Shown here: positions 19,898-29,898 of the stretch, in pieces
Numbering within the stretch: position 1 is the first letter of the stretch
Layout: each line of letters opens with the position of its first letter
From: a virus
Virus record (IMG/VR): IMGVR_UViG_3300009082_000016
Coordinates: 96,001-160,000 of that record
Length of the DNA: 64,000 bases
Reading direction: 5' to 3' (one strand)
Position numbers and translations under genes: made by a program
Notes under the pieces: generated by a model
Database searches by the model: none
The model's input: only the letters and a program-made list of their open reading frames with translations
Told to the model about the DNA's origin: nothing

Positions 19898-20530
19898 CTA
19901 CGCGGCCTCTTCCAGGATCCTGTTGAGCCGGTTCCGGATCCGCGTGAGCGCGGTGCGAAGCACGGGCAGCACCGTTCCCAGGAGCTCGGCCGCCCTGCGG
20001 TTGTTCTCGTACTTGTTGAGCAGGCCCTCGATGTCGTCGATGATCTCCCGGAGAAGGAGGGTGCCGGTGTTCCGCCTGCGGAGCCGTTCCACCGTGTGCT
20101 GGTAGGACTTCTTGCTCGTGGCCGAGGTCCGAACCGACACATTGCCGGTGACGACAATCTGGACCTTCTTGATCTTCACGACCCAGGCATAGCCCCGGGC
20201 CATGAGCCGCGCTTCCTGCTTCCACTGCTTCTCGGCCGCCTCGCTCCGGTTGGCCGTGAAGCCGACGGAGAGGTTCTCCTTCACCCACGCGGGGACGGGC
20301 TCACCATCGAATCGGCCGTCGCGCCAGGCCGCCACGATGTGGTCGGTCTCGACGGATCCGTTCGCCTGGGTGTTCAACCAGTCGATCGCCCTTCCGTAGA
20401 GCATAGCCTGCGCGTCGGTGTACACCGGCGTCCGTGACTGGTAACCGACGAGCGTCGCCCCTTCCGGCAGCTGGCCCGGCTGAACGACGTCCTCCTCGTA
20501 GCTGATGATCTCCTTCTTCTCCTGGGCCAT
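19898..20530 (-). CDS. partner protein of RAMP-like gene
   Basis: 210 aa; TGATG coupling to RAMP gene; AAEKQWKQEARLMAR motif; stop lies 5 nt before RNA array. Confidence 0.7.
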   Translation of the reverse strand: MAQEKKEIISYEEDVVQPGQLPEGATLVGYQSRTPVYTDAQAMLYGRAIDWLNTQANGSVETDHIVAAWRDGRFDGEPVPAWVKENLSVGFTANRSEAAEKQWKQEARLMARGYAWVVKIKKVQIVVTGNVSVRTSATSKKSYQHTVERLRRRNTGTLLLREIIDDIEGLLNKYENNRRAAELLGTVLPVLRTALTRIRNRLNRILEEAA

Positions 20531-21198
20531 CAGCCTTCCTTCACCAGGCGCTTCGCTCCGGCGATCGTGAAAACGCCGTTGGCCTCGTGGCATCCCCGTC
20601 CCGGGCGCCCCTGACCCAACCCGATGAACTGGCCGGCATGCTGCACGATGCTCGCCAGGAGATCGAGGCTGACGACGTCCGGCTTGTGGATGACCGTCAC
20701 CCTCGTGTACCACGGCGGATTGAAGTGTGGACGGTACACGGTGGCGGGGAAGTGGGTGCGCGTCTCCTCCTTCTTGTCCTTGTTCCCACGGAACACGATG
20801 TCCTTGCTGCACATCTCGATGTCCTCACAGATGATCGGGTACACCCCACTCGGCACGCGAAACAGCCGGATGTTCTCGGCCGGAAGGTGGAGGATCTCCG
20901 TCGCCGCCTGGACGAAGCATCCATGGAACGCACCCGAAGGGATCCCGAACGGGTGCTTCTTGTCCCCCGTCAGATGCAGGCAGCCCTTCGCCTCATCCTT
21001 CGGGTCCAGCTTGGCCGGCTTGGGAGGGTAGGGCTCTCCCTTGCCGCGCTCGCTCATCGCACGCATGAAATCGGCCAGGGCTGCCCGCGGCTTCCCCGGA
21101 ATGAAAGGGGCCTCTCCCACGAGATCGAAGGCGGTATACCAGAGCTCGAGGGGCTTCAACTTGATCTCCACCTCTTCGGCCTGCATCTTCTTCGTCAT
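20530..21198 (-). CDS. stand-alone RAMP/Cas7-like RNA-binding protein (Vipr-like)
   Basis: FDLVGEAPFI (beta1), FGIPSGAFHGCFVQAA (cf. IPGSSxKG), YRPHF..W, Gly-rich loop AGQFIGLGQGRPGRG...NGVF. Confidence 0.7.
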   Translation of the reverse strand: MTKKMQAEEVEIKLKPLELWYTAFDLVGEAPFIPGKPRAALADFMRAMSERGKGEPYPPKPAKLDPKDEAKGCLHLTGDKKHPFGIPSGAFHGCFVQAATEILHLPAENIRLFRVPSGVYPIICEDIEMCSKDIVFRGNKDKKEETRTHFPATVYRPHFNPPWYTRVTVIHKPDVVSLDLLASIVQHAGQFIGLGQGRPGRGCHEANGVFTIAGAKRLVKEG

Positions 21199-21206
21199 GT
21201 CCTCTC

Positions 21207-21491
21207 CTAGTCTTCGAGGTTGGCGATCCAGACGAGGCCATCCTCGAAGTGCTGCTCCCTCGCGATGCGGCAGATCTCCTGCCACACATCCTCGGGAATG
21301 CTGTCACGGTCCGACCCCTCTTCGTGGTCGAACGTAATGAACACGTCGCTGTACTCGCCTGGGACTTCGCCCTTCCGGTGCCACGTCGCGATCGGCTTGC
21401 CGGAGTTGAGCCAGTCCATGAAGTCCTTGCGCTGGTACCACTCGGAGGCGTCGATGCGGAGCACCCGCCCGACATACTTGAACACGGCCAT
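21207..21491 (-). CDS. hypothetical protein
   Basis: Start MAVFKY, TGATG coupled. Confidence 0.55.
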   Translation of the reverse strand: MAVFKYVGRVLRIDASEWYQRKDFMDWLNSGKPIATWHRKGEVPGEYSDVFITFDHEEGSDRDSIPEDVWQEICRIAREQHFEDGLVWIANLED

Positions 21492-21708
21492 CAGCGATCC
21501 TTCCCGTAGTACTCGAGGCACTCCTTGCACCGCAGGAACCCGGCATCGTCATCCTCCGGGTCGCCCTCGAGCACCGCGCCTCCCTGATCGATCTGGAAGG
21601 CACCGCAGACCGTGTCCTGGTCGTTGGACCCCTCGAACTCGCAGTCCTTGCCGCCGGCGCCGCAGTGCTTCCCCTCGAACCGGATGGTCCGCTTGGTCTC
21701 AATCTCCA

Positions 21709-22077
21709 TTAGCCCTCCTCATGCCACACCACCTTGATGCGGTATGTGGTCCCCTCAGGGGTCTCTGCCTCCAGGAAGGAAGGCCACCCATCGAGGGGCA
21801 CGGACTCGAAAATGAGCCGGCCGTCCAAGCTGATCTCGAAGGAGCCCCAGTAGTTGTGCTGACCCGAGCAGAGTTTGACGGACACGAAGGCCCCATCGTC
21901 CAACCTGACCGCCGGAGCCTCCCGGGTATCATCGTAGTACGCCCGGGTGCTCCCGTCCCTGGGGGCCGGACCCTTCCGCACCCCCTTCAGGTTCTCCGGG
22001 AACACGATGTCGATCAGCTTCTTCCAGGAACTCGGCAGGACAATCTCACCCCGAACGGGCTGGGTCTTCTTGCCCAT
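21709..22077 (-). CDS. hypothetical protein
   Basis: 122-aa ORF, coupled both sides. Confidence 0.6.
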   Translation of the reverse strand: MGKKTQPVRGEIVLPSSWKKLIDIVFPENLKGVRKGPAPRDGSTRAYYDDTREAPAVRLDDGAFVSVKLCSGQHNYWGSFEISLDGRLIFESVPLDGWPSFLEAETPEGTTYRIKVVWHEEG

Positions 22078-22736
22078 CAGCCCTCCTCCGCGTCGTCGTG
22101 GATGAAACCGGAGCCGGCCGCCATCCCCAGCGTCACGTGGGCGCCGGAGTCGACCATCGCCCGCATCGCCTGGCCGAGCTCGAAGCTGCGGCGCACGTTG
22201 GCCTTCGCCTTCTCCCGGTCAGGGCCGGGGGAGTGGAACGCGAGCCGGATGTCGACCTCGCCGCTCGTACAGCGAGCACAACAGGCGGGCATCTTCAGCG
22301 TCGGCTCCGGGATGACGTCCAGCAGGAACCAGACGTCGTCCAGGCCCATCCCGTTGAACCCCGCCATGATCAGGGACGAGCCGATGCACTTGAGCTGCGA
22401 CTCGCGGTCAGCCGGGGGGATCGGCGCGGGCTCGGTCCTGTCGACCTTCTTGCCCATCATCTCCTCGAAGTAGCTGTCGGCCATCGCGGCGCCCATCGCC
22501 ACGTTGTCCACCAGCTTCTGCTTCCCCTCGGCGATCGCCGCGGCGGCCTCGCTCTCCAGCTCCACCTCGCGCTCCGCACCGGCACCGTAGAGCACCACGG
22601 TGATCCCGGCGTCCGCCAGGACGCCCTCCCACCGGAGTCCGTCCCTGATGCCTTTCCGCTGGAAGTCGAAGCCACACAGGGCGGCGTGCTCCAGGATCGA
22701 CATCGCCCCCTGCGTCGGGTCCTTCTTCTCCACCAT
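22077..22736 (-). CDS. hypothetical protein
   Basis: 219-aa ORF, GGAGG SD. Confidence 0.6.
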   Translation of the reverse strand: MVEKKDPTQGAMSILEHAALCGFDFQRKGIRDGLRWEGVLADAGITVVLYGAGAEREVELESEAAAAIAEGKQKLVDNVAMGAAMADSYFEEMMGKKVDRTEPAPIPPADRESQLKCIGSSLIMAGFNGMGLDDVWFLLDVIPEPTLKMPACCARCTSGEVDIRLAFHSPGPDREKAKANVRRSFELGQAMRAMVDSGAHVTLGMAAGSGFIHDDAEEG

Positions 22737-22938
22737 CAGCCCTCCTCGAACAGCGCCGCGACGTCATCGTGCGCGTTCCGGTCCAGGATCACCTGCTTCC
22801 GGGTCTGCTCTTCGACACGGAGCCGGTAGCCGTAGCCTCCTGCGGCCTCCGCCAGGCTGGCGAAGTCCCGGCAGAGCCCACGAGGCTCTTCCTTCGGCAG
22901 CCACAGGACGAACGTGTGCTTCCACAGCTTCTTCGCCA

Positions 22939-23538
22939 TCAGCCTACCCCCCCTGGCACTACGAAAGTCGGATCGAACAGGGCCAGGTACAGGAACACAG
23001 CGTCCACGATCGGTGCCGCTGTCTTCGGTTCGCGGATGTACCACTCCCAGCCGCAGTAGCCGAGGACGCACAAGCACCCTTCGGCCAGGTCCTTCTTCTC
23101 CAGGTACTCGCTGAACGCGAAGTACTTGCGGTCGATCTCGCCGGTGCGGTTGCTGATCACCCGCACGAGCAGGCCCTCCCAGTGGTCGTGGGTTCCATGC
23201 TCGGACAGCTCGATCACCGCAACGCGGTTGTTGTCCATGGGGATGAAGCCCTGCGGCCCGATCCACATGACGCACCCGGGCCACGGGAACGCCTCCCGCG
23301 TGAACCGCTGGCGTGAGCCTTCGGGTTCCCTCACGGCCCCCTTCTTCTCCTTCACGACCCCCTTCTTCTCCTTCACGAGGTACGACAAGGCCCCGCACTC
23401 GGGGCACTCGCAGGCAGGCACTTCCCCGCCGGGCTCGGTGCGCTGCTCGAGATCGGGGATGACGGCGTTCGCGGGGACATTGAACACCTTGCCACAGTCG
23501 GCGCACTCCGCCCGCTCCGGCTTCTTCTCCTTGCCCAT
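22939..23538 (-). CDS. Zn-ribbon protein
   Basis: CADCG...PGGEVPACECPECGAL. Confidence 0.65.
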   Translation of the reverse strand: MGKEKKPERAECADCGKVFNVPANAVIPDLEQRTEPGGEVPACECPECGALSYLVKEKKGVVKEKKGAVREPEGSRQRFTREAFPWPGCVMWIGPQGFIPMDNNRVAVIELSEHGTHDHWEGLLVRVISNRTGEIDRKYFAFSEYLEKKDLAEGCLCVLGYCGWEWYIREPKTAAPIVDAVFLYLALFDPTFVVPGGVG

Positions 23539-24002
23539 CAGCGCACCCCGATCACGGTGAGCAGGCCGAGATCGTCCATGAGGGCAGCCAAGCCCCAGGC
23601 ACTGTCATCGTCGGGCCCGTCCCCGCAGGTCCTCTCCCCCACGAACAGCAGCTGCTGGGACTTGTCGTCCGGGTCGTCCCGGCGAACCATGTCCCGGTAG
23701 TCGCCGTTGGCCCACATGTCGACGAACCGGTCCACGAGCTTGGGCGGCATCTGCTTCACCTTCTCCCGAACTTCCTCCAGCTCATCTGCTTCGGACTTCG
23801 GCCCGATACCGAGAGTCACGTAGCACCGGGCGGCGGAGCTGCTCGTGGCCTTCCCCCACTGGACCAGGAACTCCTTGAACTTCTCCGTCGAACCTCCCAG
23901 GTGCATCCGGAGCTCGGTGTAGAGCTTCTTCGCCTGACGGATCTTCACCCTATGCAGCTTGGCCGGGCCCTTGAGCAGGAACCCGCACAGGTCAGCTCCC
24001 AT
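23538..24002 (-). CDS. hypothetical protein
   Basis: Start MGADL after AAGGAG; GERTCGDGP near C-terminus. Confidence 0.6.
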   Translation of the reverse strand: MGADLCGFLLKGPAKLHRVKIRQAKKLYTELRMHLGGSTEKFKEFLVQWGKATSSSAARCYVTLGIGPKSEADELEEVREKVKQMPPKLVDRFVDMWANGDYRDMVRRDDPDDKSQQLLFVGERTCGDGPDDDSAWGLAALMDDLGLLTVIGVR

Positions 24003-24437
24003 CTCAGTTCTCCTTCCTGCCGAATGCGGCGGTTGCAATCAGGATACCGGTCCCGATCTCGCGGACCTGCATCTGCCAGTGGCCGCGGCCCCACTTCTCC
24101 TTGGCCCGGCCGCGGGCGCCTGCCCAGGCGTGGGCCAGGACCTGGTGGGCCAGGCCGAGACGCCCCTTGTACCGGACGTCCCTCTCATCGATGGCCCAGT
24201 ACTCGATGATGGGCCCGCCGATCGCCTCCTTCAGCGAACAGAGGAAGGGCCCGTAGGTCTCCCCCGGCATCGACCAGAACGCCTCCGCCCCCACGGGCTC
24301 GAGGTCGATGCGCCGCTCCTGCTGCTCCTTCTGCGCGATTTCCGCCCGCTGCGGGCAGGGCACGCTCGGATCCTGCGGCGGGGCGCACTTGTACTGCCCG
24401 TTGTACGGGCAGCCGCTGCACTGCTCCCGCGCTGTCA

Positions 24438-24674
24438 TCAACCGCCGGCCTCGTCGATGCCGAAGCGGCATCCGCACTCGCAGGTGTAGAGGTCGATGTT
24501 CGTCTCGTAGTCGTACGAGCTGTAGCGGTACTCGCCACATTCGAGGAAGCCGGCCCTGAACGTCTTCCTCTTCGCCTTGGCGGCAGTATCCGAGTTGTCA
24601 TCGGGGACCACCATCCGCCAGCTTCGCTGCGTGATGTTCACCCTGCAACGGGGGCAATAGACAGGCTTCTTCAT
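24438..24674 (-). CDS. small Zn-ribbon protein
   Basis: CPRC...CECGC. Confidence 0.55.
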   Translation of the reverse strand: MKKPVYCPRCRVNITQRSWRMVVPDDNSDTAAKAKRKTFRAGFLECGEYRYSSYDYETNIDLYTCECGCRFGIDEAGG

Positions 24675-25003
24675 GCCGTGCCCTCTCCTTCCTCGGAATC
24701 GACGTTCTCATCATCGCCGGATTGGAACGGACGGTAGGGGTACAACGGGCAGGCCGGGCTGGTGCAGAGCCGGATCTCGGACCGCACCCAGCACACGCAC
24801 TCCAAGCAGAACGCCTTCATCGCCGCCGTGCGGCTCTCGCCGGACATCGCCCGGGCGTAGTTGTTCACGGCGGAAGGTGCCCGCTTCTCCAACTCCAGGA
24901 TGCGGTCCTGAACCTTCGGGTGGTCCAGCATGTTCTCCCGCTTCCTGACGCTGCGTCCCTTCTCGGCCAGCGCCTTCCGTGCAGCCTCGAGTGACTTGCT
25001 CAT
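24671..25003 (-). CDS. Cys4 Zn-finger hypothetical protein
   Basis: AMKAFCLECV...EIRLCTSPACPLYPYRP. Confidence 0.7.
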   Translation of the reverse strand: MSKSLEAARKALAEKGRSVRKRENMLDHPKVQDRILELEKRAPSAVNNYARAMSGESRTAAMKAFCLECVCWVRSEIRLCTSPACPLYPYRPFQSGDDENVDSEEGEGTA

Positions 25004-27027
25004 AGGTCGATCAGCCTTCCTTTCTTCGGCGGCGGCTCCTGCTCGTGCTCGGGCTCATCCTGCTCGAAACTCGGGCCATAGTCGATTGCAACGAAGTCCG
25101 CTTTCACCCCTTGCACCTCGAGCGAACCCGAGATCTTGCCGGGTGGCACATAGTTCGGGGGGAAGTACTCCGCCGGCACGGCCGTCTTCTTGAAGATCTC
25201 CTTGTTGATCGCCGACGTGATCGTGTCCTTGGGCGGCACCACGAACGTCGAGAACGCCTTCTCCTTCAAGACGTCGAAACCGTTCAGAACGCTCGCGTCG
25301 TACCAATCGGCCAAGCTCTGTGAGTACATCCACAACTTGTTATCCCCGCGGTTGAGGCGCACTTCGCGATCGTCGCCGGGGGCTGAAGGCACCCAGTCCA
25401 ACGCGGGCTTCCACACCCACGGCTTGGCCCCCAGCACCCAGCTCCAGCCCGACGACGTGCCCCCCGCATCACCGGGGAACGGGTTGCTCGGGTTCACGCC
25501 GCCCCCCAGCCACCCCTTCGCATACGACTGCACCATCTGGAAGAAGGTGCCGCCGATGTCGAACTCCGCCAACCACTTCTCGAGCACGCCCTTCGGGATG
25601 GCAGCGTAGTTGCTGATACCTGGGCCGAGGTTGTTCACCACCAGTCGGCACCAGTTCAGGAACTTGACGGGGTGAATGTCCATCCGGTACACGTCCCGGA
25701 ACATCGCCCAGTAGAAGAGCGTCAAGACCCGGCGGTCGACGAAGACGGAAGACAACTTCATCACCCCTTCCACGACGTAGGAAACGGCGACCTCGTACGG
25801 CCCGTCGATCTTCACCTTTGGCCGGCGATGGAACGCCACGTTGTCGTAGCCGTCGTAGTCTTGCGTGCAGTCGTACCACTCGGTATGCAAAGACGCACCG
25901 CTCTCCACCGCCTTTGCCACTTCGCCCTTCCACTTGAGCCAGCGATCGATCAGCTCCGGAACCGAGAACCCGGTGACCAGCAGGGACTCGGTGTCCACCG
26001 ACTGCACCGAGTAGGTGATCAGGTCCATCAAGTCGACGGGCGTCGGGACGTCCGGCATCCCAAGCAGGTACTGGCAACGCTGCCAGAGCTCGTAGTGGCG
26101 CAGGCTGATGTTCCAGGTGTACTCGCGGATGTGCCCCAGCGAGTCCCGCCACCGGTACTCCAGGTTGTAGGTGCCCTCACCCAAGGGGGTGGGCTTGGCC
26201 AACAGGATGTGCGTCAGGAACAAACTGCCCGCGACTTCATCCACGTCGTCGGAGTCGCTGGTCCTCCACTCGTCGTAGACACTACGCAGCCACGAGAACG
26301 ACAGGTCCCGACTTCCCATGCCGCACGTCTGGCAATACTCGATCAGCGCGTAGACGAACTCGGGCTCGGGGGTGTTCGTGGCCCCGGACGACTTCACCCG
26401 GTTGTAGAAGGGCGCCACCTTCGGTGTCACCCACCCCACCGATGTGCCCGTCTTCTTGTGCTGGAACGCATTCCACAGCCCTAACAGCGAGTTCTTGGGC
26501 AGGTCACCCAGGCCGGTCATCCCACGGGAGACCGACTCCTTGACGAACTCGTCCACCAGCTGCTCCAGGTTCTCCGGGATCGTGCCGCCGAGCGCCTTCA
26601 TCATCGCCATCCGACCGGAGGTGATCGACTGCCAGAAGGCCTTCTTCGGGTTGTCGTCGATCGCGCCCCAGTCGGCGTCCGTCTGGTCACCGAGATTGAC
26701 GACCTCGTCCAGCTCCTCCATCGTCGGCAGGATCTTGCACTTCGAGTCGAGCCACAGGTGGAGATAGCTGATCTCAGTCCCAGACCCGGACATATCTGCC
26801 GTGTGGGTCAGCTGGTTCAGGACCGAGAGCGTGAACATCGGCCACTTCGCCTCGTACAAGCGGCACTCGACACGGCCGTAGGCGATCTTGCCATCGGGGA
26901 AGTGGACATGCGCCTCCTTCCCCGAGTTGAAGTAGGAGGCGAAGCGTGTGTCGAGCTTCTCGACCGAACGGCCCTCCTCCTTCATCTTGAGCAGGAGGGC
27001 CTGAAACTTGGACAACTCCAGGCCCAT
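25000..27027 (-). CDS. large hypothetical protein (675 aa)
   Basis: Long ORF with AAAGGAGG SD; ends KKGRLIDL. Confidence 0.75.
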   Translation of the reverse strand: MGLELSKFQALLLKMKEEGRSVEKLDTRFASYFNSGKEAHVHFPDGKIAYGRVECRLYEAKWPMFTLSVLNQLTHTADMSGSGTEISYLHLWLDSKCKILPTMEELDEVVNLGDQTDADWGAIDDNPKKAFWQSITSGRMAMMKALGGTIPENLEQLVDEFVKESVSRGMTGLGDLPKNSLLGLWNAFQHKKTGTSVGWVTPKVAPFYNRVKSSGATNTPEPEFVYALIEYCQTCGMGSRDLSFSWLRSVYDEWRTSDSDDVDEVAGSLFLTHILLAKPTPLGEGTYNLEYRWRDSLGHIREYTWNISLRHYELWQRCQYLLGMPDVPTPVDLMDLITYSVQSVDTESLLVTGFSVPELIDRWLKWKGEVAKAVESGASLHTEWYDCTQDYDGYDNVAFHRRPKVKIDGPYEVAVSYVVEGVMKLSSVFVDRRVLTLFYWAMFRDVYRMDIHPVKFLNWCRLVVNNLGPGISNYAAIPKGVLEKWLAEFDIGGTFFQMVQSYAKGWLGGGVNPSNPFPGDAGGTSSGWSWVLGAKPWVWKPALDWVPSAPGDDREVRLNRGDNKLWMYSQSLADWYDASVLNGFDVLKEKAFSTFVVPPKDTITSAINKEIFKKTAVPAEYFPPNYVPPGKISGSLEVQGVKADFVAIDYGPSFEQDEPEHEQEPPPKKGRLIDL

Positions 27028-27039
27028 CGGCCCTCCTTT

Positions 27040-27654
27040 CTACATGCGCCTCCGGTCTTCCTGCATCGTGAGAGGCAGCACGGACACCCGTCCCTGGACG
27101 CGGGACCTGGTCTCCTCCGGCGGCCAGACCATCCAGGCGTAGGTCGTTGCGTCCGTGCCATGGAACTTGAAGCTGGGCCGGTTGGGCAGCACGTACAGGT
27201 CGGGCGGGTGCTCCCGTAGCAACGCGTTCCGTTGCAGACCCTCGAGGAAACCGACACGCAACAGGAGGGCGATCCACTCCGCCCGCTTGAACAGCATCTC
27301 CAGGATGCGCTGGGCCTGCCGGTACGGCGGGTTGGTGATGGCCACGTCGAACACCTGGAGAAACAACTGGCTCACCGCCAGGCTGCCGCATACGTCGGCG
27401 ACGAGCAGGCGGTCGCAGGGCGCCTTAGCCAGATCGTCCCGGTGGCTGGGATCGATCTCCACCGCGGTCCAGTGGATGGGGTCCTTCCGGACTTCGTTGA
27501 CCGCCCGGATGATCGCCCCCTTGCCGGCGCACGGCTCGAGCCATGCGCCCCCCGGCAGCTGCGGCACCGCCTCGAGCAGTCGGTGAACACACCATGCCGG
27601 CGTCTCGTAGAAGTCGTGCTCGTCCCGCTCCCTGCCCCTACCCGTCGCGGACAT
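27040..27654 (-). CDS. DNA N6-adenine methyltransferase
   Basis: DFYETP, LEPCAGKGAI (motif I), ITNPPY (motif IV). Confidence 0.9.
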   Translation of the reverse strand: MSATGRGRERDEHDFYETPAWCVHRLLEAVPQLPGGAWLEPCAGKGAIIRAVNEVRKDPIHWTAVEIDPSHRDDLAKAPCDRLLVADVCGSLAVSQLFLQVFDVAITNPPYRQAQRILEMLFKRAEWIALLLRVGFLEGLQRNALLREHPPDLYVLPNRPSFKFHGTDATTYAWMVWPPEETRSRVQGRVSVLPLTMQEDRRRM

Positions 27655-27666
27655 CCGTCACCTCCA

Positions 27667-28065
27667 TCAGACCTTGCCCCGCATCGCCACCCCGAGGAAC
27701 TCGAGGGCCCGACGCAGCTGGAACCCGGACGCGTCCAGCCACGCCCGCTGGAACACGGTGAGTTGCTGGTTGCCCGCCACCTTGCCGGACAGGAACGCGC
27801 GGAAGTCCGTCTCCACGCCCGTGAGGGCCTCGTGGAAACCGGCCGCCTCGTCCAGCACCTCCTTCTGCCGGGCCAGCTCATCCTTCGTCGGCGGCTCGCC
27901 GGGGGGCAGGACCAGACGGGTGCCCAACAGGTCGTCGGTCACCACCTGGCGCATCGGGGAGTCGGACGGCAGCGGCGGGGGCGTCGGCTTGCGCTGTGCC
28001 TTCGCCCTCTTCGCCTTCTTCCCGCCCTGCATCTCCTTCTCGAGGTCATCGTATTCGTCAGCCAT
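27667..28065 (-). CDS. hypothetical protein
   Basis: 132-aa ORF. Confidence 0.6.
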   Translation of the reverse strand: MADEYDDLEKEMQGGKKAKRAKAQRKPTPPPLPSDSPMRQVVTDDLLGTRLVLPPGEPPTKDELARQKEVLDEAAGFHEALTGVETDFRAFLSGKVAGNQQLTVFQRAWLDASGFQLRRALEFLGVAMRGKV

Positions 28066-28579
28066 GTCGTTTTCGCGCCTCCATCAGCGCCTTCACTGCC
28101 AGCTTGCGGACGGACTCGAGCTCCGACCGCTTCGGAGGCCGCTTGCCCGTCACGCAGGCGATGAGGTCGCGCAGCGCCAGCTCGCCATCCCTCCGGCTTG
28201 CCTGCACCAGCACGCGTACTTCGCCGCTCGGGTCGGCATAAAGGTTGGCCCCCGAGGCGAGCATCTCGAGCCCGCCCTCGGGGTGCCACCGCGTCTGCAT
28301 GCCCGCCTTCTGGGCGGCACGCTCGATCTCAGAGAGGGTCATCGGGTTCCTGCGAGCGGTCGAGATCGCCCATCTGCGAGGCAATCTCTTCCCACATCGA
28401 ATACTGCGTGCTGTCGATCTCGTCGTCCCGGACAGCATCGAGTGTCAGGCCCTCGTGACTGCAACCGACGTGGACCTGGTCCTTCCCGCCCTCGCCGAGG
28501 CCTTCGACGATCACCTTCACGCTGTTGCGAGGAGAGGCGCCGAGCGGCTCCCCGTCGACGAGGACCTTCAACCGCACCA

Positions 28580-29500
28580 TCAGAGCTTCCTCCCGGCGAA
28601 CGACTCCCGGCCTGGCCACTTCTGAACCTTCGGGTAGAGCCGCGGGGCCTTCTTCGACAGCGGCTCCTGCCACACCAGGACCGGCAGCTGGGACCTGCCC
28701 AGCATGCCGACCCACAGCTCGCTCAGAACGTCCAGCGGCAGTACCGCCCGATCCGTCGACGCCCCGGTCTCGGGGTAGTTCGCCGCGGCGAGCGCCGTCT
28801 CGGGCGACGGCGCCACCACCACCTCGGCCATCATCCCCTTCGGTGACCGGGAGATCACCAGCCACTTCGGCGGCGCCTTCTCCGTCTGCGCCTTCTCCTC
28901 GGCCAAAGCGTCCGCGATGATCTTGTCGTACGCCTTCTTCTGGGCATCCGGCGTCGTCGCCGCCGCGACCATCAGCCCCTTGGCGTAGATGATCATGTTG
29001 GTCGACGACGTCAGCGGCCAGCAGTCGTGGACCCCGCGGTGCAGGAGCCGGTTCAGGACTTCCAACTTCCAGGCCGCGGACTCTTCACACAACGTGAGCA
29101 GCTTGTAGGTCGCCCCGATCCCGACCGTGCAGGCCGGGTCCAGGTTCTCGAAGAACCCGATCGCGTCACGGAACCGCTGCCCGTTGTTCCCAATGCGCCC
29201 CAGGAAACGGTCGAAGACCTCGCTCTCCCAGGTGTACGGATTGAGCGTCGGACCCAGGACCGAAAACGCGACGCGGCCGACTGCCAGGGTCCACATGACG
29301 GACTCGTCCCCCCGGCCCAGCTTGATCTCGCGGTCCTCTTCGTTCAACAGGGTGCCGTAGACCGACGCCCGACGCCGCGGGTCCGCGTGCAGAAGCGAAG
29401 GGAAGTAGCCCGCGCTCGCAATGCCGTACGGCCGGCGCACGAGCTGCTGGATGAAGGCCTCCACGAACTTGGGGTCCTGGACGTCGTCGAAGGTGCTCAT
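28580..29500 (-). CDS. hypothetical protein
   Basis: Start MSTFDD, TGATG coupled. Confidence 0.65.
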   Translation of the reverse strand: MSTFDDVQDPKFVEAFIQQLVRRPYGIASAGYFPSLLHADPRRRASVYGTLLNEEDREIKLGRGDESVMWTLAVGRVAFSVLGPTLNPYTWESEVFDRFLGRIGNNGQRFRDAIGFFENLDPACTVGIGATYKLLTLCEESAAWKLEVLNRLLHRGVHDCWPLTSSTNMIIYAKGLMVAAATTPDAQKKAYDKIIADALAEEKAQTEKAPPKWLVISRSPKGMMAEVVVAPSPETALAAANYPETGASTDRAVLPLDVLSELWVGMLGRSQLPVLVWQEPLSKKAPRLYPKVQKWPGRESFAGRKL

Positions 29501-29898
29501 CAGTGTTCCCCGGGGAGGAGGACGACCCAGACGGGCTCCCCACCGACCTCGCCCGGCTCGACCCAGAGCTTGATCTCCGGCAGATCGAAGTCGACGAAGT
29601 CGAACTTCTGCGTGACCACGGGCTTCTTGTCGCTGTCGGGGATGCAGGTCAGCAGCGCCGACTTGTTGGCCTTCACCTTCAGCTCCCAGACCTGGAAGTC
29701 CCGACACATCTCGTCCGCGGCCGCGGCCTTCTCGACCTGGCTGGCGATGGCGTTGATCAGCCAGAAGGCGCCATTCTTCCCGCCCTTCTCGGCGACGTAG
29801 TGCGCCCCGTCCGTGAGCACGACCTTGGGGAACAGCGGGCGCAGGCTGTAGTAGGCCTCCGTCCCGCAGAAGCCGTCGAGCGTCCTTTGGTCGATCAT
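29500..29898 (-). CDS. DUF6876-like protein
   Basis: F.GTE.YY...LTDGA.YVAE....FWL..AIAS...FQVW.LKV...DF.LPEIKLW...LLPGEH. Confidence 0.7.
   Translation of the reverse strand: MIDQRTLDGFCGTEAYYSLRPLFPKVVLTDGAHYVAEKGGKNGAFWLINAIASQVEKAAAADEMCRDFQVWELKVKANKSALLTCIPDSDKKPVVTQKFDFVDFDLPEIKLWVEPGEVGGEPVWVVLLPGEH

Noticed and set aside
23335-23378. Short direct repeat
   Set aside because: Simple in-frame duplication encoding VKEKKG twice
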